From a virus (taxonomy: Duplodnaviria; Caudoviricetes), in IMG/VR virus record IMGVR_UViG_2870609773_000002, positions 1-64,000 of that record: a DNA stretch of 64,000 nt; one strand, written 5' to 3'. Made by a program: the position numbers and the translations under genes. Of this stretch, positions 27,159-36,508 are shown piece after piece (positions within the stretch are counted from its first letter, which is position 1; each line of letters begins with the position of its first letter). The notes beneath the pieces were generated by a model. The model was not told the origin of the DNA. It ran no database searches and saw only the letters and a program-made list of their open reading frames with translations.

Positions 27159-28132
27159 GCATCACGATTCGCGAGGACGAGCGCGACGAGTACGACCCGA
27201 GCCACGCCGTACCGACCAGCGCGGGCCGCTACTACTGCGACCCCATGCTGGGCCCGGACGACCCGCACCGGATGAAGATCTCCGTCACCAACGCCATCGA
27301 CCAGCACATGATCGAGGCGCTGGCCCCGGCCGCCGCGCGGGACACCGCGATCTGGCTGATGGACAACCTCCCCGACGCGATCCGCGCGGCCGGCGACCCA
27401 GACGACATGGAAGCGTTCATCAAGCTGGCCAAGGCGCAGTACCGGGTCCAGTGGGACAAGAAGGCCGACCTCGGAAGCCGTGTCCATAACATCGGCGAAG
27501 CGATCAACCTCGGCAAGGCGTACATCCCCGACGAGGAAGCCGAACCGTTCGTCGAGTCCTACCGACAGTTCCTGGCCGACTTCGGGGTGGACATCCGCCG
27601 CGACATCATGACGGCGGAGTGCACGGTGCTCAACCGCACGATCCCGTACGGCGGGACGAGCGACATCTGGGTCCGCTTGCAATTCCCCGGCCCGACGTCG
27701 CCGATCATGCCGAAGTTCAAGCCTCGCGCGGTTCCGGCCGCCCCGCTTCCGACGCCGTCCGGGCTGTGGCTCGTGGACATCAAGACGAGCCTCACCAAGC
27801 CGGCCAGCGCCGTCTACGAGGACCACGTGATGCAGCTCGCCGCTCTGCGGCACGCGGAAGTCGCGCTCATCTGCCCGCCCGAGTGCAGGTACGGCGAGAG
27901 CGACAACCACGACGCCAGCCACGAGTTCCCCGTCCCGGAGTTCGTCGGCACGGCGATTCTCAACCTCCGCACGAACGGCTACGGGTTCGTGCCGCTCCCG
28001 GCCGACCAGGACGCGTTCACCGCGTTCTGCGGGCTGCTCCCGCTCGCGCACTACGTCCACGGGCTCGAAATGCGCGGCTTCAAGCCCATCCAGCCCCCGA
28101 GCAAGACCACCACCAGGAAGGACGCCGCCTGA
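27155..28132 (+). CDS. PD-(D/E)XK exonuclease (RecE/Cas4-like)
   Basis: GSRVH, E, YGGTSD, LVDIKT, QLAAL. Confidence 0.8.
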   Translation: MSITIREDERDEYDPSHAVPTSAGRYYCDPMLGPDDPHRMKISVTNAIDQHMIEALAPAAARDTAIWLMDNLPDAIRAAGDPDDMEAFIKLAKAQYRVQWDKKADLGSRVHNIGEAINLGKAYIPDEEAEPFVESYRQFLADFGVDIRRDIMTAECTVLNRTIPYGGTSDIWVRLQFPGPTSPIMPKFKPRAVPAAPLPTPSGLWLVDIKTSLTKPASAVYEDHVMQLAALRHAEVALICPPECRYGESDNHDASHEFPVPEFVGTAILNLRTNGYGFVPLPADQDAFTAFCGLLPLAHYVHGLEMRGFKPIQPPSKTTTRKDAA

Positions 28133-29811
28133 TGCCCATCGACCCCTCCGTACTGCAGCGCCGCCACTGGCAGGACGGCCGGATCCGTCTCGGCATCAAG
28201 AAGATGAGCCGGAACGGCAAGGAGTACCCCAGCAAGATCGACACCTTCCGGTTCACGTCGCCGTCCGAGGACATGATCCGAGGCGTCGCCGAGAAGTACG
28301 GCGGCGAGGTCAAACCGTGGAAGTCGCCGCAGGGCCCGCAGTTCGAGGTCATCACCAACGCGCAGCGCATCCCCGTCATCGTCCCGCCCAACGGCCTGAG
28401 CCAGAACATGGAGCTCTGGGACGGCAAGCTCTGCATCCGTCGCTGCACCGGCATCGCGATGCAGGCCCCGTTCGTCGGCCCGTGCCTGTGTGGGGCGGAC
28501 GTCGAGCTCAAGAAGCGGCCGTGCAAGCCGCACACCCGACTCGGTGTCTTTCTAAAGGAAGTGCCCAGCTTGGGCCTGTGGCGGCTCGACAGCAAGGGCG
28601 GCAACGCCGCGGCCGAGCTGCCCAACGCCGCCGAGTTCCTGGCCCACGCGGGGACGTACGTGGACGCCTGGCTGTACGTGGCCGAACGCACCGGCTCGTT
28701 CCTCGACCCGAAGGACAACGTGGTCAAGGCCACCACGTACATGGTGCCCGGCCTGACGATCGAAGGCATCGGCTTCGACGAGCTGATGTCGGGCGAAGTC
28801 GCCCGCCGCGCCGAGCTGGGCCGCGGCGGTGAGAGCCAGCGGGCGATCGAGGCCGCGCCCGCGACCGACTACCTCGCGATGATCGAGGCGGCCCCAGACC
28901 GAGACGCGGTCGTGGCCATCTGGAGGACGTCCAAGCTCGACCCCGCTTGGCAAGGGCGGGGCGAGGAAGTGGAGGCGGCGGCCAAGGCACGCGTTGCGAA
29001 GTTCCCCCCGGAGCAGGGCAAGGGCGCACCGCAGGGCCAGTCCGCCCCGGAGGGCACGCAGCCCAACGAGCACACGCACGAGGACGCCCCTTCGGACACC
29101 CCGCCGCCGGGCGACCCCGAAGCGGATCGGATCCGGCAGCACATCATGACCGCGTGGTCCGGCACGACGAGCCAGCTCCACACCGCGTTCCGCGACCGCA
29201 CCAGCACCACCATGAAGGCCGCGACCCTGCAGCAGCTCCAAGAGTTCGCCGACCAGCTCGGCCAGCCCGCCGCAGGCGCCATCGCGGACGAACCCCGCAA
29301 GGCGTCCGAGCGCGCCGAAGCGCTCCTCGAGGCCGCCCGCGCGCAGAACACCGCGGCGGCGGCCGACGACGACATCGTGGACGGGGAGGTCGTCGAGGAC
29401 GAGGAGCAGCCGAAGCCCACCGCCAAGGCGCTGCGCGACCTCGGAGTGTGGTTCGGCGAGGCCGGCGTCACCATCCACACCGGCAAGGGTTCGGCCGCGA
29501 AGAACGACGAGGCGCGGTTCGCCTGGATTGTCGAGCACCTGGGTGTCGATGTGACCTCGACGAAGGACCTCAGCGCCGAGCGGGTGGACACCGGGGTCAA
29601 GCTGCTCATGCAGCAGGCCGCCGCCCGCCGGAAGGACCTGCAGCAGCGCATCGTCAACGTCTGGTCCGACCTGGACGGCAACAACCAGCAGCTCTCCGCC
29701 GCGTTCGAGCAGCACATGGAGAAGCCGGTCGGCGAGGCCACCAACGCCGACCTCGCCGCGTTCCTGCAGAAGCTCAGCAACAGCGAGGTCACCCCTGGCG
29801 GTGGTCAGTGA
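28132..29811 (+). CDS. phiC31 gp3-like (RDF-like) protein with long C-terminal extension
   Basis: GRIRLG...PSKIDTFRFTS, CKPHTRL, GLWRLDSKGGNAAAEL; coupled to exonuclease. Confidence 0.65.
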   Translation: MPIDPSVLQRRHWQDGRIRLGIKKMSRNGKEYPSKIDTFRFTSPSEDMIRGVAEKYGGEVKPWKSPQGPQFEVITNAQRIPVIVPPNGLSQNMELWDGKLCIRRCTGIAMQAPFVGPCLCGADVELKKRPCKPHTRLGVFLKEVPSLGLWRLDSKGGNAAAELPNAAEFLAHAGTYVDAWLYVAERTGSFLDPKDNVVKATTYMVPGLTIEGIGFDELMSGEVARRAELGRGGESQRAIEAAPATDYLAMIEAAPDRDAVVAIWRTSKLDPAWQGRGEEVEAAAKARVAKFPPEQGKGAPQGQSAPEGTQPNEHTHEDAPSDTPPPGDPEADRIRQHIMTAWSGTTSQLHTAFRDRTSTTMKAATLQQLQEFADQLGQPAAGAIADEPRKASERAEALLEAARAQNTAAAADDDIVDGEVVEDEEQPKPTAKALRDLGVWFGEAGVTIHTGKGSAAKNDEARFAWIVEHLGVDVTSTKDLSAERVDTGVKLLMQQAAARRKDLQQRIVNVWSDLDGNNQQLSAAFEQHMEKPVGEATNADLAAFLQKLSNSEVTPGGGQ

Positions 29812-30230
29812 TGCCGCTGACGAACGAGCAACGGGCGGCACTGCGCGCTGATCGACTCGCGCGGGTCAAGCGCGAACGCGAGCGCCGCACCGCCCTGTTC
29901 GCAGAGATCGCGCGCCACGCAGGAGGGTGTGCAGACCGTCACCACTGCCTGCTCTGCAAGGCGTTCCGGCTGCTCGTCGAGTACGTGCCCGACCCCACGG
30001 TCCACGAGGAGTACGAGCGACTCCGCCACCGGCTCGACGACCTCGCGGAGCGCCTGGAGCGTATCCGCGACGTGCACCAGGACTTGTCCGAGAACGCTCG
30101 CTTCGGCGCGCCGCTGGCCCGCACGGTCCACGACGCCGCATGGGTTGTCATCGTCCGCCTCGCCAACGCCTGGCACGGCGAGGAGGTCGAAGACCCCTAC
30201 GCCCCGCTGCCTCCCGACTACCACATCTAG
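29811..30230 (+). CDS. Hypothetical protein
   Basis: TGATG overlap. Confidence 0.6.
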   Translation: MPLTNEQRAALRADRLARVKRERERRTALFAEIARHAGGCADRHHCLLCKAFRLLVEYVPDPTVHEEYERLRHRLDDLAERLERIRDVHQDLSENARFGAPLARTVHDAAWVVIVRLANAWHGEEVEDPYAPLPPDYHI

Positions 30231-30288
30231 CCGCACTGCCCGGTGCTCGTGCACCGCGCGCCGGGCTCGCCCCCCTCAAGGAGTTCCG

Positions 30289-30543
30289 ATGAAGTCCATC
30301 ACCGTCGAGTACGACGACGTCACCCCCGCCACGATCGAGCACCGGCTGGCCGCCGAGGAGACCGTCCTCGCGATGGGCAGCCGCCGCTACCCCGCCGCCC
30401 TGAACGACCGGGCCGCCCTGCTGGAGGCCCTCCAGATCGCTGACCGGCTGTCCGCCGCCGTCGTCGGCTGGCGCGGCGACATCGTGGCCGCGCTGCAGAA
30501 GCTCGACAACGACCAGTACGCCCGCGAGAACGCCACCACCTGA
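30289..30543 (+). CDS. Hypothetical protein
   Basis: AAGGAG SD. Confidence 0.65.
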   Translation: MKSITVEYDDVTPATIEHRLAAEETVLAMGSRRYPAALNDRAALLEALQIADRLSAAVVGWRGDIVAALQKLDNDQYARENATT

Positions 30544-30555
30544 CTCCTCGCACCC

Positions 30556-30825
30556 ATGACCGGCACCACCGCCCCGGGAGTTCGCATGCACAGCGACCCG
30601 CACATCACCCCTGAGATCGCCGCTCACGTCCTGTTCCACCTCGGCCGGGGCGGCTGGCCCGGCTCCACGTTCGTGCAGAAGCTCCTCGCCGCGTTCGAGG
30701 CCGCCGATGCCCCCAACCGTCTCCAGCTTGCCGCGGGGTTCGCTGGCTACGCCGCCGCGTTCGAGCTGGCCAAGTCCACTGACGGCGTCGTGGTCCTCCA
30801 GGCCCACGCCGCCGCTGACCAGTAA
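30556..30825 (+). CDS. Hypothetical protein (start may be 30586)
   Basis: GGGAG SD before internal Met. Confidence 0.6.
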   Translation: MTGTTAPGVRMHSDPHITPEIAAHVLFHLGRGGWPGSTFVQKLLAAFEAADAPNRLQLAAGFAGYAAAFELAKSTDGVVVLQAHAAADQ

Positions 30826-30832
30826 GGAAATC

Positions 30833-31216
30833 ATGAGCCGCTACACCATCCCCAACGCCCCTGGCGCGCCCGACAAGCGGGTGACCACGGTCGGCTGGGA
30901 CGCACCCCTCAACACCTACTGGGCCACGGCGTTCGACCCTCCCGCCTCCATCGACGGGGAGGACGTCGAGGTCTTCTGGATCGGATACACCCCATGCGCG
31001 CTGCCCGACGTCGAATCCCTCGCCACCGCGCTCCGCGAGCACGGCGTCGAGATCCCGCCCTTCACCTTGGACGCGCTCCTCGGGGACAAGCCGAGGGAGG
31101 GGGAGAGCTTCGCGGGTCGGCCCGCGACCAAGCTCATCGCCGAGATGACCCGGACGCGCGTCCCCGCCGACCAGCAGGCGCGCATCGACGCCGCCCTCCG
31201 GGACGGTGGCCGATGA
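30833..31216 (+). CDS. Hypothetical protein
   Basis: TAAGGA SD. Confidence 0.7.
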   Translation: MSRYTIPNAPGAPDKRVTTVGWDAPLNTYWATAFDPPASIDGEDVEVFWIGYTPCALPDVESLATALREHGVEIPPFTLDALLGDKPREGESFAGRPATKLIAEMTRTRVPADQQARIDAALRDGGR

Positions 31217-31566
31217 GGCGCGGTGACGGTGAGCTCATCGCCGGGCTCGTCTTCTTCGCGATCATCCTCGTGATCGTCGTCGGCGTCGCGGTCGTCAAGA
31301 CCAGCACGGGCCGCGTCGAGACGGCCACGGTGGAGTCGAAGGAGCGGGTCTGCGACAGCCGCCGCTCGTGCAGGTACCTGATCTTCACCGACCGGGGCGT
31401 CTACGAGAACACCGATGCCTGGCTGAGCTTGAAGTTCAACAGCTCCGACATCTACGGCGCGCTCAAGGTCGGCCGCACCTACCGGCTCAAGGTCAACGGG
31501 TGGCGCGTCGAAGTCACTTCGTCCTACCCGAACATCCTCGGCATCGAGGGCGAGGTTGCGAAGTGA
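31213..31566 (+). CDS. Membrane-anchored OB-fold-like phage protein
   Basis: N-terminal TM; FNSSDIYGALKVGRTY...GWR...YPNI. Confidence 0.7.
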   Translation: MRRGDGELIAGLVFFAIILVIVVGVAVVKTSTGRVETATVESKERVCDSRRSCRYLIFTDRGVYENTDAWLSLKFNSSDIYGALKVGRTYRLKVNGWRVEVTSSYPNILGIEGEVAK

Positions 31567-31946
31567 AGACCAGGTTCGAGGTTGCCGTCAAGAAGATCGA
31601 GCCGTACCAGACGTACTTCGTGCTCGGCGTGGCCATCGCGTTCTTCGGGGGGTTGATCATTTTCGGCGGGGTGTGGGCGCTCGTCATCGCCGTCGTCTGC
31701 ATGTTCGTCGGCATCCTGCTCGGGCTGATCGTCGGCGCCGAGATGATGCGGCGCGACATCGACGTCGAGATGACCGCGCTGCGTGCCCAGTACGAAGCCG
31801 CGTCCGAGCTGGCGTACAAGCTGAACCTGGAGCTAACCGAGCAGGTGCAGCGCGCCGAATCGGCCGAGCGTGACCTGCTCGCCACCGCCGCTGAGAAGAC
31901 CGCGCTGCGCGCCCAGCTTGAGGGCCGCGCGGGCAACCCCGCGTGA
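31563..31946 (+). CDS. 2-TM + coiled-coil protein
   Basis: GTGA overlap. Confidence 0.65.
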   Translation: MKTRFEVAVKKIEPYQTYFVLGVAIAFFGGLIIFGGVWALVIAVVCMFVGILLGLIVGAEMMRRDIDVEMTALRAQYEAASELAYKLNLELTEQVQRAESAERDLLATAAEKTALRAQLEGRAGNPA

Positions 31947-32176
31947 AGGACATCCTGGCGGCGATCGGCGCGCTCACCGTGCTGGCCGCCGCCGGGGTCG
32001 TCGTCCTCTCACTGCTCGCGCACCGCGCTGAGCGGCGACGCAGCCGAGGCAACCGCGACCAGCGGGCCGCCCGGCCGGCCGAGCAGGTCGCCGCCAATCC
32101 GGCCCTGTGGTCCGACTTCTTCCTTGACCACGATCTGCACAAGGTCCTCAAAACCCCAAAGGAATGGCAACAGTGA
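31943..32176 (+). CDS. Small membrane protein
   Basis: GTGA overlap. Confidence 0.55.
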   Translation: MKDILAAIGALTVLAAAGVVVLSLLAHRAERRRSRGNRDQRAARPAEQVAANPALWSDFFLDHDLHKVLKTPKEWQQ

Positions 32177-32724
32177 TCCCCTTCCACGTCGTCGGCCTCG
32201 ACATTTCCCTCACCAGCACCGGCATGGCGACCGGCCTCGGCTGGTGCGAGAAGACCGGACGCGACGGCATCACAAAGCTGCCCCTGCAGAGCAAGTACCG
32301 CGCGCTCAACCGGCTGGCCAGCGACATCATCGTGCTCACCAACGCTGAGAAGGCTCACCTCGTCCTGGTGGAGAAGCTGGTGTTCAACCGGCAGGACGGT
32401 GGCCGCGGCGGCGCCGGTGAGCGTTCGTACCTCTACTACCGGACGATGGGCATCATCGCGGACGCCGGGGTTCCCATCGTCGAGGTGCCGCAGGCGACGT
32501 TGAAGACGTACGCGCTCGGCAAGGGCAGCGGTGAGAAGAACGAGATCGTCGATTCGGTCGCCCGCCGCCTCCCGATGTTCCACACCGGCGGCAAGCACGA
32601 CATGGCCGACGCCGCAGTGCTCGCCGCGCTGGGAGCCGACTACCTCGGGCACCCGCTCGCGGACATGCCGAAGGCGCACCGCGCTGCGATCGACAAGCTG
32701 ACGTGGCCGGAGGTGGCCAAGTGA
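32164..32724 (+). CDS. RuvC-like Holliday junction resolvase
   Basis: VGLDISLTSTG, LVE, TLKTYALGKG, HDMADA. Confidence 0.85.
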   Translation: MATVIPFHVVGLDISLTSTGMATGLGWCEKTGRDGITKLPLQSKYRALNRLASDIIVLTNAEKAHLVLVEKLVFNRQDGGRGGAGERSYLYYRTMGIIADAGVPIVEVPQATLKTYALGKGSGEKNEIVDSVARRLPMFHTGGKHDMADAAVLAALGADYLGHPLADMPKAHRAAIDKLTWPEVAK

Positions 32725-33647
32725 CACGAGACCCCTACGCCGAAGCCCGACGCCGCTACTGGCAGAAACGCGACAAGGAGAAGAGAGCGGGCACCTGGCA
32801 GGGCCTCGTCGATGCCGAAGAAGCGCGCCAGCACGTGCGGGAGTTGCATCGAATTTGGCTGGTCAGCTACGAGGCAATCGCCGAACTCGCAGGGATCTCG
32901 CACACGACAGTAAGGCACCTCGCTGTAGGCAGTGCGACTCGGCAGCTACCGCCACCGGCTCGGGTCGGGGCGTACACAGCCGAAGTGCTTCTCACGGTCA
33001 CCGTGGACGACCTGCCGGACAACTGCCTGGTCAACGCGACCGGGTCAATGCGGCGGATGCGCGCGCTATCGGTCGAGGGGTGGCCCGTGCGGTACATCGC
33101 CAACCAGATGGACGCCGCCTGGGACGGTCTCAAGCAGCTTCGGCGCGGCGAGAGAACCACGGTCGTCCTACGAACTGCCCGCCTGCTCCGGCGGACGTAC
33201 GACGAACTGATCCTCCTCGACCCGTACGCGCACTGCCGCAAGACCGTCGTGACGACCCTGCGCAAGCAGGCCGCCGCCAGCGGCTGGTATCCAGCGGCAG
33301 CGTGGGCCGACGCCATCGACGACCCCGCCGCCAAACCATGGCATGTCGTCCGCTGCTCCTACCAGACCTGCATCAACGGGTCCAAGGACGAGCGCCTGCT
33401 GTGCGACACCCACCTGAAGCTGCTCAAGAAGCGGGGCACCCTCGAAGGGGCCCGCCTGATGCGGAACACCCAGGCCCTGCTGGAAGACGCCCGGTTCATC
33501 CTCGCGACGGACCCGCCGATCAACCCGCGCACGCAGGAGATCGACAAGGAGCGGCTCGCCGAACGGCTCGGCACCAACTGGGAAGCGCTGGAGCGCGTCC
33601 TGCTCCGAGCGAACATCAACCTCGGCAAGCTGCGCGAATCCGCATGA
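32721..33647 (+). CDS. Multi-HTH DNA-binding protein
   Basis: SYEAIAELAGISHTTVRHL; further HTH-like segments. Confidence 0.6.
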   Translation: MTRDPYAEARRRYWQKRDKEKRAGTWQGLVDAEEARQHVRELHRIWLVSYEAIAELAGISHTTVRHLAVGSATRQLPPPARVGAYTAEVLLTVTVDDLPDNCLVNATGSMRRMRALSVEGWPVRYIANQMDAAWDGLKQLRRGERTTVVLRTARLLRRTYDELILLDPYAHCRKTVVTTLRKQAAASGWYPAAAWADAIDDPAAKPWHVVRCSYQTCINGSKDERLLCDTHLKLLKKRGTLEGARLMRNTQALLEDARFILATDPPINPRTQEIDKERLAERLGTNWEALERVLLRANINLGKLRESA

Positions 33648-33693
33648 GCCAGAAGCGGAACCGCAATCAGGTAGTCGAGCAGGAGCAACGCCC

Positions 33694-33990
33694 ATGAGCA
33701 ACACGGCGACCGAGGTCATCTCCGACGCCCTTACGTCCACCTCACCCAGCGCCGACGACATCCTCGACGCCCTCGGCAACGCGGGCTACCACGTCATCCG
33801 ACCCGAGGACGGGCCGGCCTGGATCCCCGTCACGCCGAGAAGCCTCGCCAAGGCGCAACGCATCGCAGCGCTGATCAACGACGGCAAGACGCTGCAGCAG
33901 ATCGCCGCTGAGACGCGGATGTCGCTGCGCCAGGTCGAACGGTACAGCGCCGCCGCCCGCGACATGGGACTCATCGAGCGGAGGCGCTGA
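33694..33990 (+). CDS. HTH DNA-binding protein
   Basis: GKTLQQIAAETRMSLRQVERY. Confidence 0.7.
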   Translation: MSNTATEVISDALTSTSPSADDILDALGNAGYHVIRPEDGPAWIPVTPRSLAKAQRIAALINDGKTLQQIAAETRMSLRQVERYSAAARDMGLIERRR

Positions 33991-34283
33991 TGCCCGGCCG
34001 CAAGGGGTGGCGGAACCGCGCCGCCTGCCGAGGACAGGACCTGGTCCTGTTCTTCGGACCCGGTGAGGGCGAGCCCCGCGAGAGCCCAAAGCAGAAGGAG
34101 AACCGCATCGAGCGGGCCAAGCACTTCTGCCGCACCTGCTCCGCCCAGGCCGAGTGCCTGGACTTCCATCTGCAGGCCAGCGCGGCGCAGTACGGCGTCG
34201 CCGGAGGCCTCGACGAGGACGAGCGCACGGCCTACCGGCGGCGCCTGCAACGCAAAGCAGCACGAGAAAGGAGAACCCCGTGA
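33990..34283 (+). CDS. whiB: WhiB family Fe-S transcription factor
   Basis: C, CRTC, EC and YGVAGG (variant of GVWGG); basic C-tail. Confidence 0.88.
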   Translation: MPGRKGWRNRAACRGQDLVLFFGPGEGEPRESPKQKENRIERAKHFCRTCSAQAECLDFHLQASAAQYGVAGGLDEDERTAYRRRLQRKAARERRTP

Positions 34284-34549
34284 CAAGCCTCGCCCGCGAG
34301 AACGCTATCAAGGGACTCGCGCACCGCGCCTACGACCGCGACCACACCGACGCCGGGGAACGGCCCAGCACCACGGACTTCGCGTTCGAGTACGTCACCT
34401 GGCTTCTCGCCCAGGGCTGGAGTGAGCCGCCAGAGGCTCAACCGGCACCCGCTCCCGCGTCTCCGACGCCCCCGAACGGGCTGCGTGGGGCGGCCATCGC
34501 TCGTCACGCCCTGGCCCAGATCGGCAAGGGAGGCAGCGATGACCGCTGA
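34280..34549 (+). CDS. Hypothetical protein
   Basis: GAAAGGAG SD + GTG. Confidence 0.7.
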   Translation: MTSLARENAIKGLAHRAYDRDHTDAGERPSTTDFAFEYVTWLLAQGWSEPPEAQPAPAPASPTPPNGLRGAAIARHALAQIGKGGSDDR

Positions 34550-34904
34550 CCTCGACGACGACAAGGCGTTGGTGCCGTACGACGAGTTCGGCAACCTGCT
34601 GCGCGCCGCATGGACACCCGAAGGAGAGATCGTGTGGCGCGCACCGGAGCCGTTCAGCGCGCGACTCCAGCTCGGCCAGTTCGCCCGCGGCCGCGCCGCC
34701 GGCTACGTCGTGTGGCTCAACGACGAAAGCCGCATGTTCCCCATGTCGATGACGGAGTTCGTCGAGACCGTACGCACGGTCGGCGTCGAGCCCGGCGGCT
34801 ACGTCGAAGCGGAGTGGATCGCGCACCGCCGCGGTGGCGCGTACGGCATACAGCTGTACATGTCGCGGCGCGAGCGGCGCCAGGTACGGCGCGGCCATGA
34901 CTGA
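34539..34904 (+). CDS. Hypothetical protein (paralog of C-terminal half of next gene)
   Basis: AAGGGAGG SD. Confidence 0.7.
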   Translation: MTADLDDDKALVPYDEFGNLLRAAWTPEGEIVWRAPEPFSARLQLGQFARGRAAGYVVWLNDESRMFPMSMTEFVETVRTVGVEPGGYVEAEWIAHRRGGAYGIQLYMSRRERRQVRRGHD

Positions 34905-35487
34905 GCGCCTGGTCGCGCAGGTCAACGGGTGCCGCTACTGCGGCCTTCCTCAACGCGGCAGCCGCAGGCAGCTCCCGCACGCCAGCCGGTGGACTCCCAC
35001 GGCCGGCTGGCACGTCTGGACGCCGCCCACGCAAGACCAGATCAAGCAGCGCATGAAGGCCCGCCGGACCATGCAGGGCCAGCGCGCCTCTCACGTGATC
35101 ATCGACGAGGCCACGAAGTGGCCCGCCCTCGAAAGGACCGACATGCCCGTCACTGAAGCCCCCTACGACGAGCGGGGCGACCTCATGCACTACCCGAAGC
35201 GCAACGCCGAGTGGCGACCCAATGAGCCGTTCACCGCCACGCTGCGCATCACCGGGTGGGAGCGCGGCCGGTCGGCAGCACGGTTCTTCCTCGCCGACCA
35301 GGACGACCACGAGTTCCCCATGTTCCTCAAGGACCTCTGCGCGATGCTCAACGCCGCCACCGTCAGCCGGGGCACGGTCACCGGCCGCTGGCACGTGGTG
35401 AAGCGAGGCGAGAACTACGGGCTGAGCTTCCTCGGGCCGGCCGACGACGATCAGGCGCCGACCACCGGACGGGAGGCTCAGGTCTGA
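34897..35487 (+). CDS. Hypothetical protein with internal in-frame start at 35143
   Basis: GAAAGGA SD before ATG 35143. Confidence 0.65.
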   Translation: MTERLVAQVNGCRYCGLPQRGSRRQLPHASRWTPTAGWHVWTPPTQDQIKQRMKARRTMQGQRASHVIIDEATKWPALERTDMPVTEAPYDERGDLMHYPKRNAEWRPNEPFTATLRITGWERGRSAARFFLADQDDHEFPMFLKDLCAMLNAATVSRGTVTGRWHVVKRGENYGLSFLGPADDDQAPTTGREAQV

Positions 35488-36089
35488 TGGCCATCGGAGT
35501 GGACTTCGACGGCGTGATCCACGCCTACAGCCGAGGCTGGTTCGACGGGACGGCCTATGACGAGTCGGTGCCCGGCGCGATCGAGGGGCTGCGCGCCCTC
35601 ATGGACAAGCACGCGGTGTTCGTCCACACCAGCCGTGACGTTCGCCAGGTAGCCGGGTGGCTGGCCACGCACGGCTTCGAGACCACGACCTTCACTCCGC
35701 CGAAATTCTGGAACGAACGCGGCCGGCTGCTCGTCACGAACTGGAAGGTCCCGGCCACGGCATACCTCGACGACCGCGCTGTCCGCTTCACCACCTGGAC
35801 GGCGGCGCTCGACGAGCTGCTGCACGGTGGCCGGAAGACCACGGACCTGCGGGCCGCGTTCGACCGCATCGACGCCCGCCACCAGCCCACGACGACGGAG
35901 ACGTGGGTCTCCTGCAGCGACCACTGCGGGCAGTGGGTGACCGGCGTCCTGATCATGTGCGCGATGTGCGCGCCCCGGCCCGTCACCGTCTGCACCAACG
36001 ACGACTGCCCCACCTGGCCCTGCCCCGACCACCTCGCCCTCCACGGAGAGACCGCCGACACCTGCACCCACAAGGGAGACAGCCGATGA
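35487..36089 (+). CDS. HAD-superfamily phosphatase with C-terminal Cys-rich domain
   Basis: GVDFDGVIH (DxD), HTSR, YLDDRA. Confidence 0.8.
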   Translation: MAIGVDFDGVIHAYSRGWFDGTAYDESVPGAIEGLRALMDKHAVFVHTSRDVRQVAGWLATHGFETTTFTPPKFWNERGRLLVTNWKVPATAYLDDRAVRFTTWTAALDELLHGGRKTTDLRAAFDRIDARHQPTTTETWVSCSDHCGQWVTGVLIMCAMCAPRPVTVCTNDDCPTWPCPDHLALHGETADTCTHKGDSR

Positions 36090-36508
36090 CCGAGCAGCAG
36101 CCGATGACGCTCACCGACTGGCGGGGCAACCCCTACACGGTCGGGACGACGATCTTCTACCCGCGCATGTCCGGCCGGTCGTGCGAGATCCAAGAAGGCG
36201 TCGTCATCGACATCTGGGACGCCGTGTACGACCGCGACGTGTACAGGTGGGTTCGGCTCAACCCGAAGAAGGCCAGCCACCAGGACGCCACCGGGAACGA
36301 CCGTCAGACACGCGTCAAGGTGCAGCCGAACGGGCGCGGTTCCCGCAACTTCTACCGCAGTGACGAGCGTCTGGTCACCGATGAGCAAGGCGAGTGGGTC
36401 CGAGACGAGCAGGGCAGCCCCGTGTGGGAGTCCGTGGGCATCAAACCCGTCACCCTGATGATCACCGAGAACATCACCGTCGCCACCTGCACCCACAAGG
36501 ACGGCTGA
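36086..36508 (+). CDS. Hypothetical protein
   Basis: ATGA overlap, AAGGGAG SD. Confidence 0.7.
   Translation: MTEQQPMTLTDWRGNPYTVGTTIFYPRMSGRSCEIQEGVVIDIWDAVYDRDVYRWVRLNPKKASHQDATGNDRQTRVKVQPNGRGSRNFYRSDERLVTDEQGEWVRDEQGSPVWESVGIKPVTLMITENITVATCTHKDG

Noticed and set aside
27155-28132. Cas4-like nuclease as part of a CRISPR system
   Set aside because: No cas1/cas2 or array; context is a phage recombination operon.
33644-33697. 17-codon ORF MSQKRNRNQVVEQEQRP
   Set aside because: Overlaps both neighbours and might couple translation, but too short to support.
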